Part shown: piece after piece, positions 1 through 9,256 of the stretch
Numbering within the stretch: the first letter of the stretch is position 1
Layout: every line of letters starts with the position of its first letter
NCBI GenBank assembly: GCA_963662315.1
Contig: OY759353.1
Span: 896,001-960,000 of the forward strand
DNA: 64,000 bases
DNA from: Geopsychrobacteraceae bacterium
Lineage (GTDB): Bacteria; Desulfobacterota; Desulfuromonadia; Desulfuromonadales; Geopsychrobacteraceae
Direction of reading: 5' to 3'
Notes under the pieces: generated by a model
Databases searched by the model: none
Told to the model about the DNA's origin: nothing
Seen by the model: the letters and a program-made list of their open reading frames with translations, nothing else
Made by a program: the position numbers and the translations under genes

Positions 1-556
1 TGGCAAACAATTCTGCATCGGTTTCGAGAAACCCCTGATCATAGAAACGATCAACTGCGGCTCCATTGACAACCAGTTCAGTCGTACCGGTATAGAGTTC
101 CTCCACCGGGATTTTATCGTTCTGGTAGTCTTCGGTCTTCAGGCCAATGGTATCAGCTTTAATGCGCAGATTAATGTCTTTGGTGACAAAAATGACGGGG
201 CTGTCAGGAATATTATCATGCAGCTCTTTGGCAACAGCCAGAATCTTGTTATCCCCCCGGTCATCACGCAGTTCCGGTGGCAGTTTCATCATCAGTTCAT
301 GCTTGTAGATATCAACCCTGATTATCCCGCCGTTCTCGAGAGGAACGCCTTCAACCAATTTCCCCTGAACTCGGAACTGATCCATCATCCGTGAAATCTG
401 CCGCGCATTACGCCCGGTTTCGCTCTGATCCTTTTTAAAGCGATCAATCTCTTCAATAACGGTCAATGGAATAACAACAGTATTATCAGAAAACTTGAGA
501 ATCGCCTGCGGGTCATGTAACAAGACATTCGTATCAAGAACGTAATTTTTTTTCAT
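1..556 (-). CDS. PhoH family protein with N-terminal PIN domain (PhoH2/YlaK-like), truncated by window edge
   Basis: Not in ORF track. Hand translation from ATG at 556: MKKNYVLDTNVLLHDPQAILKFSDNTVVIPLTVIEEIDRFKK...DNKILAVA...IFVTKDINLRIKA, the PIN motifs of PhoH2 proteins. Confidence 0.9.
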   Translation of the reverse strand, partial: MKKNYVLDTNVLLHDPQAILKFSDNTVVIPLTVIEEIDRFKKDQSETGRNARQISRMMDQFRVQGKLVEGVPLENGGIIRVDIYKHELMMKLPPELRDDRGDNKILAVAKELHDNIPDSPVIFVTKDINLRIKADTIGLKTEDYQNDKIPVEELYTGTTELVVNGAAVDRFYDQGFLETDAELFA

Positions 557-612
557 AACAGATTCCCTCGGAAGAATGACGCATTAAACGATGTCAGAAA
601 GCAATGGCAGTC

Positions 613-1755
613 TTAACTCTGACGAATCCTGGCAATCACCGCCAGGAAATGGCAGATATCCTGCGCACAAGTGAAAAAACCAGGACTGACACGAACTGTC
701 CCGGCGGGATAGGTGCCCATACATCGATGAGCATCGGGCGCACAATGAAGACCAACGCGCACGGCGATATTTTCCTGTTGATCAAGGATAAATCCGATTT
801 CAGAAGGATCCTTGTCGGCTATTGTAAAAGAAACGGCAGCCCCTCGGCAGTGAATGTCTCTGGGGCCATAGACCTCAACGCCGTCAATGGCACACAGACC
901 GTTTACCAGCTGAGCCACAAGAGCCTGTTCTTTCGCACGAATAATACCAATACCGGTGTCGAGCACAAACTCCAGCCCAACCTTCAGTCCCGCCAAACCT
1001 GCAAGGTTATAGGTACCGCTTTCCAAGCGCTCGGGCAGTTCATCTGGCTGTTGATCTGAATGTGAATTGGCCCCGGTTCCGCCATATATCAAAGGAGTCA
1101 AGTCAACTCCATCAGCAACATACAGAATCCCGGTCCCCTGAGGGCCAAGCAGCCCTTTGTGCCCAGGCGCAGCGAGCAGATCAATCCCATCAGCCTCGAT
1201 ATCGACAGGCAGCAGACCGGCAGTCTGGGAAGCATCCAGCATAAACAAGATATCATGAGCATGGCACCAATGCCCCAGACCGCTAATATCCTGAACAGAG
1301 CCGAAAACATTAGAGCAGTGATTGACCACCAGCAATCGGGTTGAATGTTCCAGGCAGGCAGTCCTTAGGGCTTCCGGGTCGACCAGACCGGTAAACGGAT
1401 CCGCAGCGACTTTAACGACGCTAACACCACGATCGCCAAGAGCACGTAGTGGCCTGGCAACGGCATTGTGCTCCATCGAAGTGGTCACAACCCGGTCTCC
1501 AGGTTTCAAAAGCCCAAACAATGCCTGGTTTATTGCCATGGTAGCATTGGAGGTAAAGACAAAACGTGCAGAATCAGAAGCGTTAAACAAGCGCGTCAGC
1601 AATTCGCGTGTTTCAAAAATCAACTGATCTGCGGCAAGACTGGCCTGATGTGTGCCACGACTGACGCTTCCCGGTCGCCGCAGATAGGAATCCACGGCTG
1701 CATAAACAGCTTCGGGCTTGGGGTAACTGGTTGCGGCATTGTCAAGATAGAGCAA
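613..1755 (-). CDS. PLP-dependent aminotransferase class V / cysteine desulfurase family protein
   Basis: YLDNAATSYPKP, SMEHNAV, DASQ, APGHKGLLGPQG (PLP Lys), RVGLHCA (catalytic Cys). Start trimmed to TTG at 1755; ATG at 1767 also possible. Confidence 0.9.
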   Translation of the reverse strand: MLYLDNAATSYPKPEAVYAAVDSYLRRPGSVSRGTHQASLAADQLIFETRELLTRLFNASDSARFVFTSNATMAINQALFGLLKPGDRVVTTSMEHNAVARPLRALGDRGVSVVKVAADPFTGLVDPEALRTACLEHSTRLLVVNHCSNVFGSVQDISGLGHWCHAHDILFMLDASQTAGLLPVDIEADGIDLLAAPGHKGLLGPQGTGILYVADGVDLTPLIYGGTGANSHSDQQPDELPERLESGTYNLAGLAGLKVGLEFVLDTGIGIIRAKEQALVAQLVNGLCAIDGVEVYGPRDIHCRGAAVSFTIADKDPSEIGFILDQQENIAVRVGLHCAPDAHRCMGTYPAGTVRVSPGFFTCAQDICHFLAVIARIRQS

Positions 1756-2059
1756 AATAACATCCATAGAGCTGCAACAGAAAAGCCTCATCTCTCTGCA
1801 ACGCGGAGGCACTCTGTTTTTGGGAACGTCGCAGAACAATACTTAATATCATCATTAACAACAAGAGCTTAACAGAATAATAGTATTTTTTTGCTCCCTT
1901 TGTCACCTCCCTGATCCTGTTTATGAGCAACAATAACCATGATTTTTTCTGCTTCAGGGCAAATCATACTAACTACCTGATAACGGTAAGATTTCTATTA
2001 ATTATAGCGATAAACGGTCATAAATCCACCATGATCGCAATAACTTTAAAACTTGACAG

Positions 2060-2108
2060 ACACCATATGTAGTAGTCTATATTCCTCCAGCGCATCTATA
2101 TATAGTAT
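2060..2108 (+). promoter_or_regulatory. Tandem NrdR boxes next to the nrdJ promoter
   Basis: ACACCATATGTAGTAG (2060-2075) and CATCTATATATAGTAT (2093-2108) fit acaCwAtATaTwGtgt. They start 33 bp apart, just after TTGACA (2053-2058), upstream of an RNR gene. Confidence 0.85.
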
Positions 2109-2171
2109 TAAACAGCTACTGTTTTAGTTATTTTTCAATGTGTTACATTCTACTGAGGAAAGGAACCGTCC

Positions 2172-4397
2172 ATGACTGATGTCAACACTGGAAACGGGTT
2201 ACAACTGTCACCCAATGCCATGACTGTTCTCAAAAAGCGTTATCTTAAACGCGATAACGAGGGGACTCCAACAGAAACGCCGGAAGATATGTTTCGCCGG
2301 GTTGCCAAGGCGATAAACGACGCTGAAATTGCCGTCGCTGGCAAAAAGCTGAACCTTGAACAGGAATACTACAAGATGATGACTGATCTTGATTTCCTGC
2401 CAAACTCTCCAACTCTGATGAATGCCGGTCGCGAATTAGGGCAATTATCGGCCTGTTTTGTATTGCCGGTTGGCGACTCCATGGAGAGCATTTTTGAAGC
2501 GATTAAAAATACCGCCCTCATCCATAAAAGTGGTGGCGGCACCGGATTTTCTTTTTCACGGGTACGTCCGGCCAATGACGAAGTTCAGTCGACCAGTGGT
2601 GTGTCTTCAGGCCCGATCTCCTTCATGCGCGTTTTCGATGTTGCCACTGAAACCATCAAACAGGGCGGCACCAGGCGTGGCGCCAATATGGGCATTCTAC
2701 GCATTGATCATCCTGATATCATGGATTTCATCATGGCCAAAAGGGATCAGACAATCCTGACCAACTTCAATATTTCGGTCGGCCTGACCGAAGCCTTTAT
2801 GGAAGCGGTCGAAAACGGTAAAGATTACGAAATCGTTAATCCGCGCACCGGCAAAGTCGTTAAAAAGCTCAATGCGGCAAAGGTTTTCAATCAGATTATC
2901 GACATGGCCTGGACCAATGGCGAGCCGGGTATTATTTTCCTCGATCGCCTGAACCGCGACAATCCGACCCCCCATGTCGGCGAAATAGAAAGCACCAATC
3001 CTTGTGGAGAACAACCCCTGCTCCCATATGAATCCTGCAATCTCGGTTCGATCAACCTGAACAAGATGGTTGATGGCGAAAATGTTAATTGGAATAAACT
3101 GGAAAAGACCGTACGTCTTTCCACCCGTTTCCTCGATAACGTTATTGAAGCGAACAAGTACCCGCTGCCGGAAATCGATGAGATGACCCGTTCCAACCGC
3201 AAAATCGGTTTGGGAGTCATGGGCTGGGCCGACATGTTGATTCGCCTCGGTGTACCTTACAACAGTTCCGCAGCCATTGAACTGGCCGAAAAAGTCATGA
3301 AGTTTATTAATGACATTTCTCACACAGAATCAGTTGCTCTAGCTACCGAACGGGGCGCATTCCCGAATTTCAAAGGGAGCATTTACGATAAAAAAGGTGC
3401 AGATAAGATTCGTAACGCGACCTGCACAACCATCGCTCCGACCGGTACGATCTCTATCATTGCCAACAGTTCCAGTGGGGTGGAGCCATTATTCGCGGTT
3501 TCCTATGTCCGTCAGGTCATGGACAACGACCGCCTGATCGAAGTCCATCCGTTATTCGAACAGATCGCCAAACAGCGTGGCTTCTACAGCAAAGAGCTGA
3601 TGCAGCGCATTGCAGAAAAAGGAACTGTCCAGGGGATCAGCGATATTCCTGAAGACGTCAGAAGAGTTTTTGTCACTTCCCATGACATTACCCCCGCTGA
3701 CCACGTGCGCATGCAGGCCGCTTTCCAGAAATACACGGACAATGCCGTATCCAAAACGGTCAACTTCTGTCATGACGCAACCCGTGAAGACGTTGCCACC
3801 GTTTATCGCCTGGCCTACCAGGAAGGGTGTAAAGGCGTCACTATTTATCGTGACGGGTCACGTGACATGCAGGTTCTTTCCGTCGCTAAACAAGACGAAG
3901 AGAAAAAGACTGAGGCCGTTATCCCGATGGAAAGTCGTAAAGCGTCCAAGAAACGTGAGCGCCCCCGTGCTCTGGCTGGCTCCACCTACCAAATGGAAAC
4001 TGGTTGTGGTCCCCTTTACATTACCATCAACCAGGATCAGAACGGTTTGTTCGAACTGTTTACCACCATGGGTAAGGCCGGTGGTTGTGCAGCGTCCCAA
4101 TGTGAAGCCATTGGCCGCCTGGTTTCCCTGGCCTGGCGTAGCGGTGTTCAGGCGCGTCAGGCCGTCAAACAATTGATCGGTATTACCTGTCATAAACCGG
4201 CAGGCTTCGGCAATAACCGCATTACCTCTTGTGCTGATGCTGTGGCCAAAGCGATTGAGCTGCACATGATGGACGAGGAAGAAACCCCAACCCGTTTTGT
4301 CAGTAGCGGTGGAGCCTGCCCCGAATGTGGTGGTCCCATTGAGCATGAAGGCGGCTGTTGCGTTTGTCATGCCTGCGGATATTCAGAGTGCGCATGA
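2172..4397 (+). CDS. nrdJ: Adenosylcobalamin-dependent (class II) ribonucleotide reductase with C-terminal TSCPD-like domain and Zn ribbon
   Basis: PNSPTLMNAG, LSACFV, GGGTGF, STNPCGEQPL, TTIAPTGT, KGVTIYRDGSR, ITSCADA, CPEC...CHACG; no R2 subunit gene nearby. Confidence 0.95.
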   Translation: MTDVNTGNGLQLSPNAMTVLKKRYLKRDNEGTPTETPEDMFRRVAKAINDAEIAVAGKKLNLEQEYYKMMTDLDFLPNSPTLMNAGRELGQLSACFVLPVGDSMESIFEAIKNTALIHKSGGGTGFSFSRVRPANDEVQSTSGVSSGPISFMRVFDVATETIKQGGTRRGANMGILRIDHPDIMDFIMAKRDQTILTNFNISVGLTEAFMEAVENGKDYEIVNPRTGKVVKKLNAAKVFNQIIDMAWTNGEPGIIFLDRLNRDNPTPHVGEIESTNPCGEQPLLPYESCNLGSINLNKMVDGENVNWNKLEKTVRLSTRFLDNVIEANKYPLPEIDEMTRSNRKIGLGVMGWADMLIRLGVPYNSSAAIELAEKVMKFINDISHTESVALATERGAFPNFKGSIYDKKGADKIRNATCTTIAPTGTISIIANSSSGVEPLFAVSYVRQVMDNDRLIEVHPLFEQIAKQRGFYSKELMQRIAEKGTVQGISDIPEDVRRVFVTSHDITPADHVRMQAAFQKYTDNAVSKTVNFCHDATREDVATVYRLAYQEGCKGVTIYRDGSRDMQVLSVAKQDEEKKTEAVIPMESRKASKKRERPRALAGSTYQMETGCGPLYITINQDQNGLFELFTTMGKAGGCAASQCEAIGRLVSLAWRSGVQARQAVKQLIGITCHKPAGFGNNRITSCADAVAKAIELHMMDEEETPTRFVSSGGACPECGGPIEHEGGCCVCHACGYSECA

Positions 4398-4434
4398 CAA
4401 TTTTGCGCTTAGCGTACTCGTGAGATGATGATAT

Positions 4435-4476
4435 AAACAGAGGCAGGAAAAAATCCTGCCTCTGTTTTTCTTTTTT
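4435..4476 (+). terminator. Intrinsic terminator after nrdJ
   Basis: AAACAGAGGCAGGA-AAAAA-TCCTGCCTCTGTTT followed by a T-rich tract. Confidence 0.85.
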
Positions 4477-4514
4477 ATAATTCATTCTTTTTATATATAA
4501 CGGAGAACTACGAT

Positions 4515-4862
4515 ATGACTGAAAGCGCCCTTCCACCCTGCCCTGAATGCAGCTCTACTTACGCCTACGAAGACCGCGGCCTGTTGGTTTGCCCTGAGTG
4601 CGCGCATGAGTGGGTCCCCGGCGATGGTTCGCCAAGCACCACGGATGAACCTTTTTACACGGACGCCTATGGAACACCGCTGGCTGATGGCGATACAGTG
4701 ACTATCATTAAAGACTTAAAAGTCAAAGGAGCTTCTAACCCGCTCAAAGTTGGAACCAAAGTCCGCAACATTCGCCTGGTTGGAGGAGACCACAATATTG
4801 ACTGTAAGATAGATGGCTTTGGGGCCATGAAGTTAAAATCGGAATTCGTCAAAAAAGCCTGA
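4515..4862 (+). CDS. Zinc-ribbon protein YjdM/PhnA family
   Basis: LPPCPECSS...[53 protein letters not shown]. Confidence 0.9.
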   Translation: MTESALPPCPECSSTYAYEDRGLLVCPECAHEWVPGDGSPSTTDEPFYTDAYGTPLADGDTVTIIKDLKVKGASNPLKVGTKVRNIRLVGGDHNIDCKIDGFGAMKLKSEFVKKA

Positions 4863-4863
4863 T

Positions 4864-5145
4864 ATGGAGACTGCCGCCTGGGAAGAGCTGTGTCATCAAT
4901 GCGGAGAGTGTTGCTTCGAAAAAAAGATCGACAAGCATGGCCGGATTATCACTACCCGCATTCCATGCCGTTTTCTTGATATTCACAGCCGTCGTTGCCG
5001 TATTTATCCGGACAGATTCCGTTACGAGGAGGACTGTCTGAAGTTGACAGCGGAAAATGTTCCCGGTTTTGACTGGTTGCCAGAAAATTGCGCCTATCGT
5101 CAGTTTGTAAAAACCAGAGATCAGAACAATGACCCAGAAGCATAA
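4864..5145 (+). CDS. YkgJ/YcgN-family cysteine cluster protein
   Basis: WEELCHQCGECC, CRFLD, CRIYPDR, DCLKLT, WLPENCAY. Confidence 0.85.
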   Translation: METAAWEELCHQCGECCFEKKIDKHGRIITTRIPCRFLDIHSRRCRIYPDRFRYEEDCLKLTAENVPGFDWLPENCAYRQFVKTRDQNNDPEA

Positions 5146-6385
5146 ATCAATTCAACGCAGCTGGTGTCTTTATGATTGGGCCAATTCTGGATTTGCTACA
5201 GTCATTCTGGCGGCGGTTCTACCTGTCTATTTTGCGACCCTGGTGCCACCCGATGGAGCCCGACTGCCGATCTTTTCTGACCATAGCTATTCAGCAACAA
5301 GTATCTGGGGTTATAGCGTCGCCCTGTCAATGCTCCTTATCGCCATAGCCGCCCCAACCCTTGGCTATCTGGCAGACTTCAACGGCAGCCATAAAAAGCT
5401 ATTAACCCTCTTCTGTATGAGCGGTTCAATAGCTACAGCCTTGCTGTTTTTCGCATCAGGTCAGCGCTACGAGCTTGCGGCGCTGCTTTTCATTGTCGCC
5501 AATTTTTCCTTCGCCGGAGCGAACATCTTTTACAATGCCTATTTACCCCACCTGGCCAAGGGGCGCGCGATGGACCAGCTGTCTTCTCGTGGATATGCCT
5601 ACGGCTACCTGGGTGGCGGCATTCTTCTGGCCCTGGTATTTATCCTCATCAGCACCAGTCACGATGCCGGCCAGGCAACACGCTTGAGCTTCATATTTAC
5701 CGCACTATGGTGGTGCGTTTGGGCACTGCCAGCAATGATCAAACTTCCATTAACACCCAAAAACCAGAGTAAAGAAAAATATTCGGTTCAGAAATACATT
5801 CAACAGTTCAAAAACATTATAAAAAACCGCAATTTATCAATATTCCTGGTGGCTTTTTTGTTTTACAACGACGGCATCCAGACCCTGATCAGTGTTTCAG
5901 CAATCTACGCAAAAGAAGAACTGTTGCTCAGTCAGGGATCGATAATCGGCTGTTTTCTGATGATTCAGTTTCTGGCCATGCCCGGAGCATTGCTGTGCGG
6001 ATTTTTAAGCAGAATATGGGGAGCAAAAACCACCATTTTTGTATGCCTGATGGTGTTCCTGGTGGTCAGCTATTTTGCCTATCAGATGACAAGCAATACA
6101 GAATTCTGGATTCTTGGAGCAGTCATAGCGATGGTCCTGGGTGGCAGCCAGGCTTTGAGCAGGTCTCTCTACGCAACACTGATTCCTCAAAATCAGGCGG
6201 CAGAATTATTTGGTTTTTTTGCAATCAGTACCAAATTTGCCGCCATTTTCGGCCCCCTGCTCTTTGCACTCATTACTGATTTGACCGGCAGCTCCAGACA
6301 AGGAATCCTTGCTCTTGGCAGTTTCTTTGTGATTGGGGGCATCCTGCTCGTGTGCGTTGAGGCAAAGCCACGCCAGACGCCATAA
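5129..6385 (+). CDS. MFS transporter (UMF1/Atg22-like)
   Basis: SWCLYDWANSGF, FYNAYLP, SSRGYAYGYLGG, FYNDGIQT, QALSRSLY; about 12 hydrophobic segments. Confidence 0.9.
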   Translation: MTQKHKSIQRSWCLYDWANSGFATVILAAVLPVYFATLVPPDGARLPIFSDHSYSATSIWGYSVALSMLLIAIAAPTLGYLADFNGSHKKLLTLFCMSGSIATALLFFASGQRYELAALLFIVANFSFAGANIFYNAYLPHLAKGRAMDQLSSRGYAYGYLGGGILLALVFILISTSHDAGQATRLSFIFTALWWCVWALPAMIKLPLTPKNQSKEKYSVQKYIQQFKNIIKNRNLSIFLVAFLFYNDGIQTLISVSAIYAKEELLLSQGSIIGCFLMIQFLAMPGALLCGFLSRIWGAKTTIFVCLMVFLVVSYFAYQMTSNTEFWILGAVIAMVLGGSQALSRSLYATLIPQNQAAELFGFFAISTKFAAIFGPLLFALITDLTGSSRQGILALGSFFVIGGILLVCVEAKPRQTP

Positions 6386-6391
6386 GGGACA

Positions 6392-7687
6392 TCACCGGCA
6401 CTGAGCAATCAGTGTATCGTCACTCATGTCAGTCACAGTCAATGGGTAGCAACGCCCTGGTTCTACCGAATCTGATCGCACCAGAACCGGGAGGTAGTTT
6501 TCCGAAAGACCTTTACGCCAACCATCTTTTTCACCACCTTCGATAATTACAGACAACTCTTTCCCAACAAAACGTCGCATAAATGCAGAGTGTTTGTTCT
6601 CACCCAACTGCCGTAAACGAGCAGCCCGCTCCTTGATAATAGCACCATTAACCTGCTGTGGCATTTCAGCGGCAGGAGTTCCTGAGCGTCGGCTATAGGG
6701 AAAAACATGCAAATGGCTGAAAGATACACCGTCAAGAAGCGCAAGAGTGTTTTCAAACTGCTCATCGGTCTCTCCAGGGAACCCGGTGATCACGTCAAGA
6801 CCAATGGCGGCATCAGAAACCCTAGAATGAATGAGCTCGATTAGATCGCTGAAAAATGCGGTCGTATAGTGGCGGTTCATGCGCCTTAATATGTCATCAT
6901 CACCAGCCTGTAACGGAATATGGAAATGAGAACAAATCCAATTATGAGACGCTATATAGTCGACCAAATCAACTGTTAATTCATTTGGCTCAATAGATCC
7001 AAGGCGCAACCGACCTGAAAAATTGGATTGTTCAATGCCATGTAATAATTCGAGCAAGCTTGACCGCGGGTTGAGATCAAGACCAAAACAACCGATATGA
7101 ATTCCGGTCAGCACCACCTCTGGATACCCGGCCAGGGACAGACCTTCGACCTGTCCAATGACATCGCGTACAGCAACTGAACGACTGCGACCACGGGCAT
7201 AGGGTATAATGCAGTAGGAACAAAAAGCATTACAGCCGTTCTGGATCTGAACAAAGGCGCGACTGCGTTGTTCAAAGGTCGACAGCGGCAAAGGTTCCAT
7301 AGTTTTCTGTTTGCTGATATCGGAAACGATGGTTCGTTGCTGCGAAAAACCACCAATCAGATACTCGAGAAGATCCTTTTTTTCCTGATTGCCAATAACC
7401 AGCGAAACTCCCGGCAAGGAAGTGAACGCATCCGGATCGACCTGTGCGTAACAACCGGTAACAACGATATTGGCCGACGGATTAAGACGTCGGGCGCGAC
7501 GGATCAGGTTTCTTGATTGAGAGTCGGTTGCCGAAGTCACGGTGCAGGTATTGACGATAACCAGCTCGGCACCCTCTTCAAAATCGACAAGCTCGTAGCC
7601 TGCCTGAGTCAATTGCTCGCTCATGGCTGCAGACTCAAACTGATTAGTCTTACAGCCAAGCGTCATAAAGGAAACGGTTGATTTCAT
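6392..7687 (-). CDS. mtaB: tRNA t6A37 methylthiotransferase MtaB (radical SAM)
   Basis: TLGCKTNQFES, NTCTVT, VTGCYAQ, GCNAFCSYC, HVFPYSRRSGT. ATGA overlap with the mnmA stop (7684-7687). Confidence 0.92.
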   Translation of the reverse strand: MKSTVSFMTLGCKTNQFESAAMSEQLTQAGYELVDFEEGAELVIVNTCTVTSATDSQSRNLIRRARRLNPSANIVVTGCYAQVDPDAFTSLPGVSLVIGNQEKKDLLEYLIGGFSQQRTIVSDISKQKTMEPLPLSTFEQRSRAFVQIQNGCNAFCSYCIIPYARGRSRSVAVRDVIGQVEGLSLAGYPEVVLTGIHIGCFGLDLNPRSSLLELLHGIEQSNFSGRLRLGSIEPNELTVDLVDYIASHNWICSHFHIPLQAGDDDILRRMNRHYTTAFFSDLIELIHSRVSDAAIGLDVITGFPGETDEQFENTLALLDGVSFSHLHVFPYSRRSGTPAAEMPQQVNGAIIKERAARLRQLGENKHSAFMRRFVGKELSVIIEGGEKDGWRKGLSENYLPVLVRSDSVEPGRCYPLTVTDMSDDTLIAQCR

Positions 7688-8748
7688 TCTATCCAACCAC
7701 CACCGATAACCAGATCGCCGTCATAAAAAACCGCAGCCTGTCCTGGGGTGATGCCATCCTGACCATGGTCAAAAATCACCCGAGCCCGATTTTCTGCCAA
7801 CGGTTCAAGCCGTGCTGGAACTTCAAAATGACGATAACGGATCCGACACGCAGCTTTGATCGGAGTGACTGGCGGTTCAATATTCCAGTTACAGTCAACA
7901 GCGATCAGCTCCTGTTTGTTGAGATAGGGCTTTTCACCAACGATGACCTTCTTCTCCTGCACATTAAGGCCAACAACGTAAAGGGGTTCGTGCCAGCCAA
8001 TCCCCAACCCCTTGCGCTGTCCTATGGTGTAGCGGTAAACACCCTGATGGCTGCCAAGGACGCGTCCGGAGATATGCACAATCTCACCACTGAGACGTCC
8101 CGTTCCATGTTCCTGCTCAATCAGGCGCACATATTCCCCATCAGGAATAAAACAGATATCCTGACTTTCTGACTTGGTTGCCACAGGAAGATCAAACTCC
8201 AGGGCCTTGGCCCGAATTTGTTCTTTATTGAATTGCCCAAGGGGAAACAAACAGGCTGAAAGCTGTTGCTGATTGAGACTGAACAGGAAATAGCTCTGAT
8301 CTTTTTTCAGATCATCCGCCTTACGGATCAGCAACCGTTCGCCATAGTTTTCCAACCGGACATAATGCCCGGTAGCCAGATACTCCCCGCCAAGCTCACG
8401 GGCCTTGTCCAGTAGTAAACCGAATTTTATCTGTTTATTGCAAAGCGCACAGGGGTTGGGTGTTCGACCGGAGAAATAATCCTGGCAAAATGGGTTGATA
8501 ACCCGTTTGCGGAAGTCGTTTTTCAGATCTATGACATGGTGCTCAATGCCAAGCTTATCAGCCACGGCACGTGCATCGGCCGCCGGATCTGCCAGTTTTG
8601 CCATCACCTGATCAGAAATACCGATATCATGCTGATCCCACAATTTCATCGTCAGACCGATAACATCGTACCCCTGCTCAAGCATCAGAGCTGCCGTAAC
8701 TGAAGAGTCAACGCCACCACTCATGGCAACAACAACACGTTTTTTCAC
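7684..8748 (-). CDS. mnmA: tRNA 2-thiouridine(34) synthase MnmA
   Basis: AMSGGVDSS, TPNPCALCN, ATGHY, KDQSYFL, ESQDICF, YTIGQRKGL, TPGQAAVFY. Confidence 0.97.
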   Translation of the reverse strand: MKKRVVVAMSGGVDSSVTAALMLEQGYDVIGLTMKLWDQHDIGISDQVMAKLADPAADARAVADKLGIEHHVIDLKNDFRKRVINPFCQDYFSGRTPNPCALCNKQIKFGLLLDKARELGGEYLATGHYVRLENYGERLLIRKADDLKKDQSYFLFSLNQQQLSACLFPLGQFNKEQIRAKALEFDLPVATKSESQDICFIPDGEYVRLIEQEHGTGRLSGEIVHISGRVLGSHQGVYRYTIGQRKGLGIGWHEPLYVVGLNVQEKKVIVGEKPYLNKQELIAVDCNWNIEPPVTPIKAACRIRYRHFEVPARLEPLAENRARVIFDHGQDGITPGQAAVFYDGDLVIGGGWIE

Positions 8749-8781
8749 ATCTGTTCCATTCTATTTCATGAAGACACATTC

Positions 8782-8818
8782 AAAAAGGGCTCCGCAATGG
8801 TATTGCAGGAGCCCCTTT
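8782..8818 (-). terminator. Intrinsic terminator between iscU and mnmA
   Basis: Minus strand GGGGCTCCTGCAAT-ACC-ATTGCGGAGCCC followed by TTTTT. Confidence 0.7.
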
Positions 8819-8844
8819 AATAAACCACTTGAAGTAACATCCCT

Positions 8845-9216
8845 CTAGGCGCGATGCTGTTCCTTATAGTTTTTGATCGCCTCATGTAAAGCATCAGCAG
8901 CCAGGTTGGAGCAGTGCATCTTGGCTGGAGGTAGACCGTCCAGAGCTTCAGCAACAGCCTGGTTGGTCAGAACCAGCGCCTCATCAAGGGTTTTGCCAAT
9001 AGCCAGTTCTGTCACCATGGAAGAAGTAGCAATCGCAGCACCACAACCAAAGGTTTTGAATTTGACATCCTGAATGACATCATTCTCCACCTTCAGATAA
9101 ATTTTCATGATGTCGCCACAAGAAGCGTTGCCGACTTCACCGACACCATCGGCATTTTCGATCTCACCAACATTTCTTGGATTGGAAAAGTGATCCATAA
9201 CTTTTTCTGTATACAT
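8845..9216 (-). CDS. iscU: Fe-S cluster assembly scaffold IscU/NifU-N
   Basis: MYTEKVMDHFSNPRNVG, ASCGDIM, FGCGAAIATSS, LPPAKMHCS. Confidence 0.95.
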   Translation of the reverse strand: MYTEKVMDHFSNPRNVGEIENADGVGEVGNASCGDIMKIYLKVENDVIQDVKFKTFGCGAAIATSSMVTELAIGKTLDEALVLTNQAVAEALDGLPPAKMHCSNLAADALHEAIKNYKEQHRA

Positions 9217-9256
9217 GATATTGCTCCTGAATATTTAAATTAGAATCGGTTTTAAT

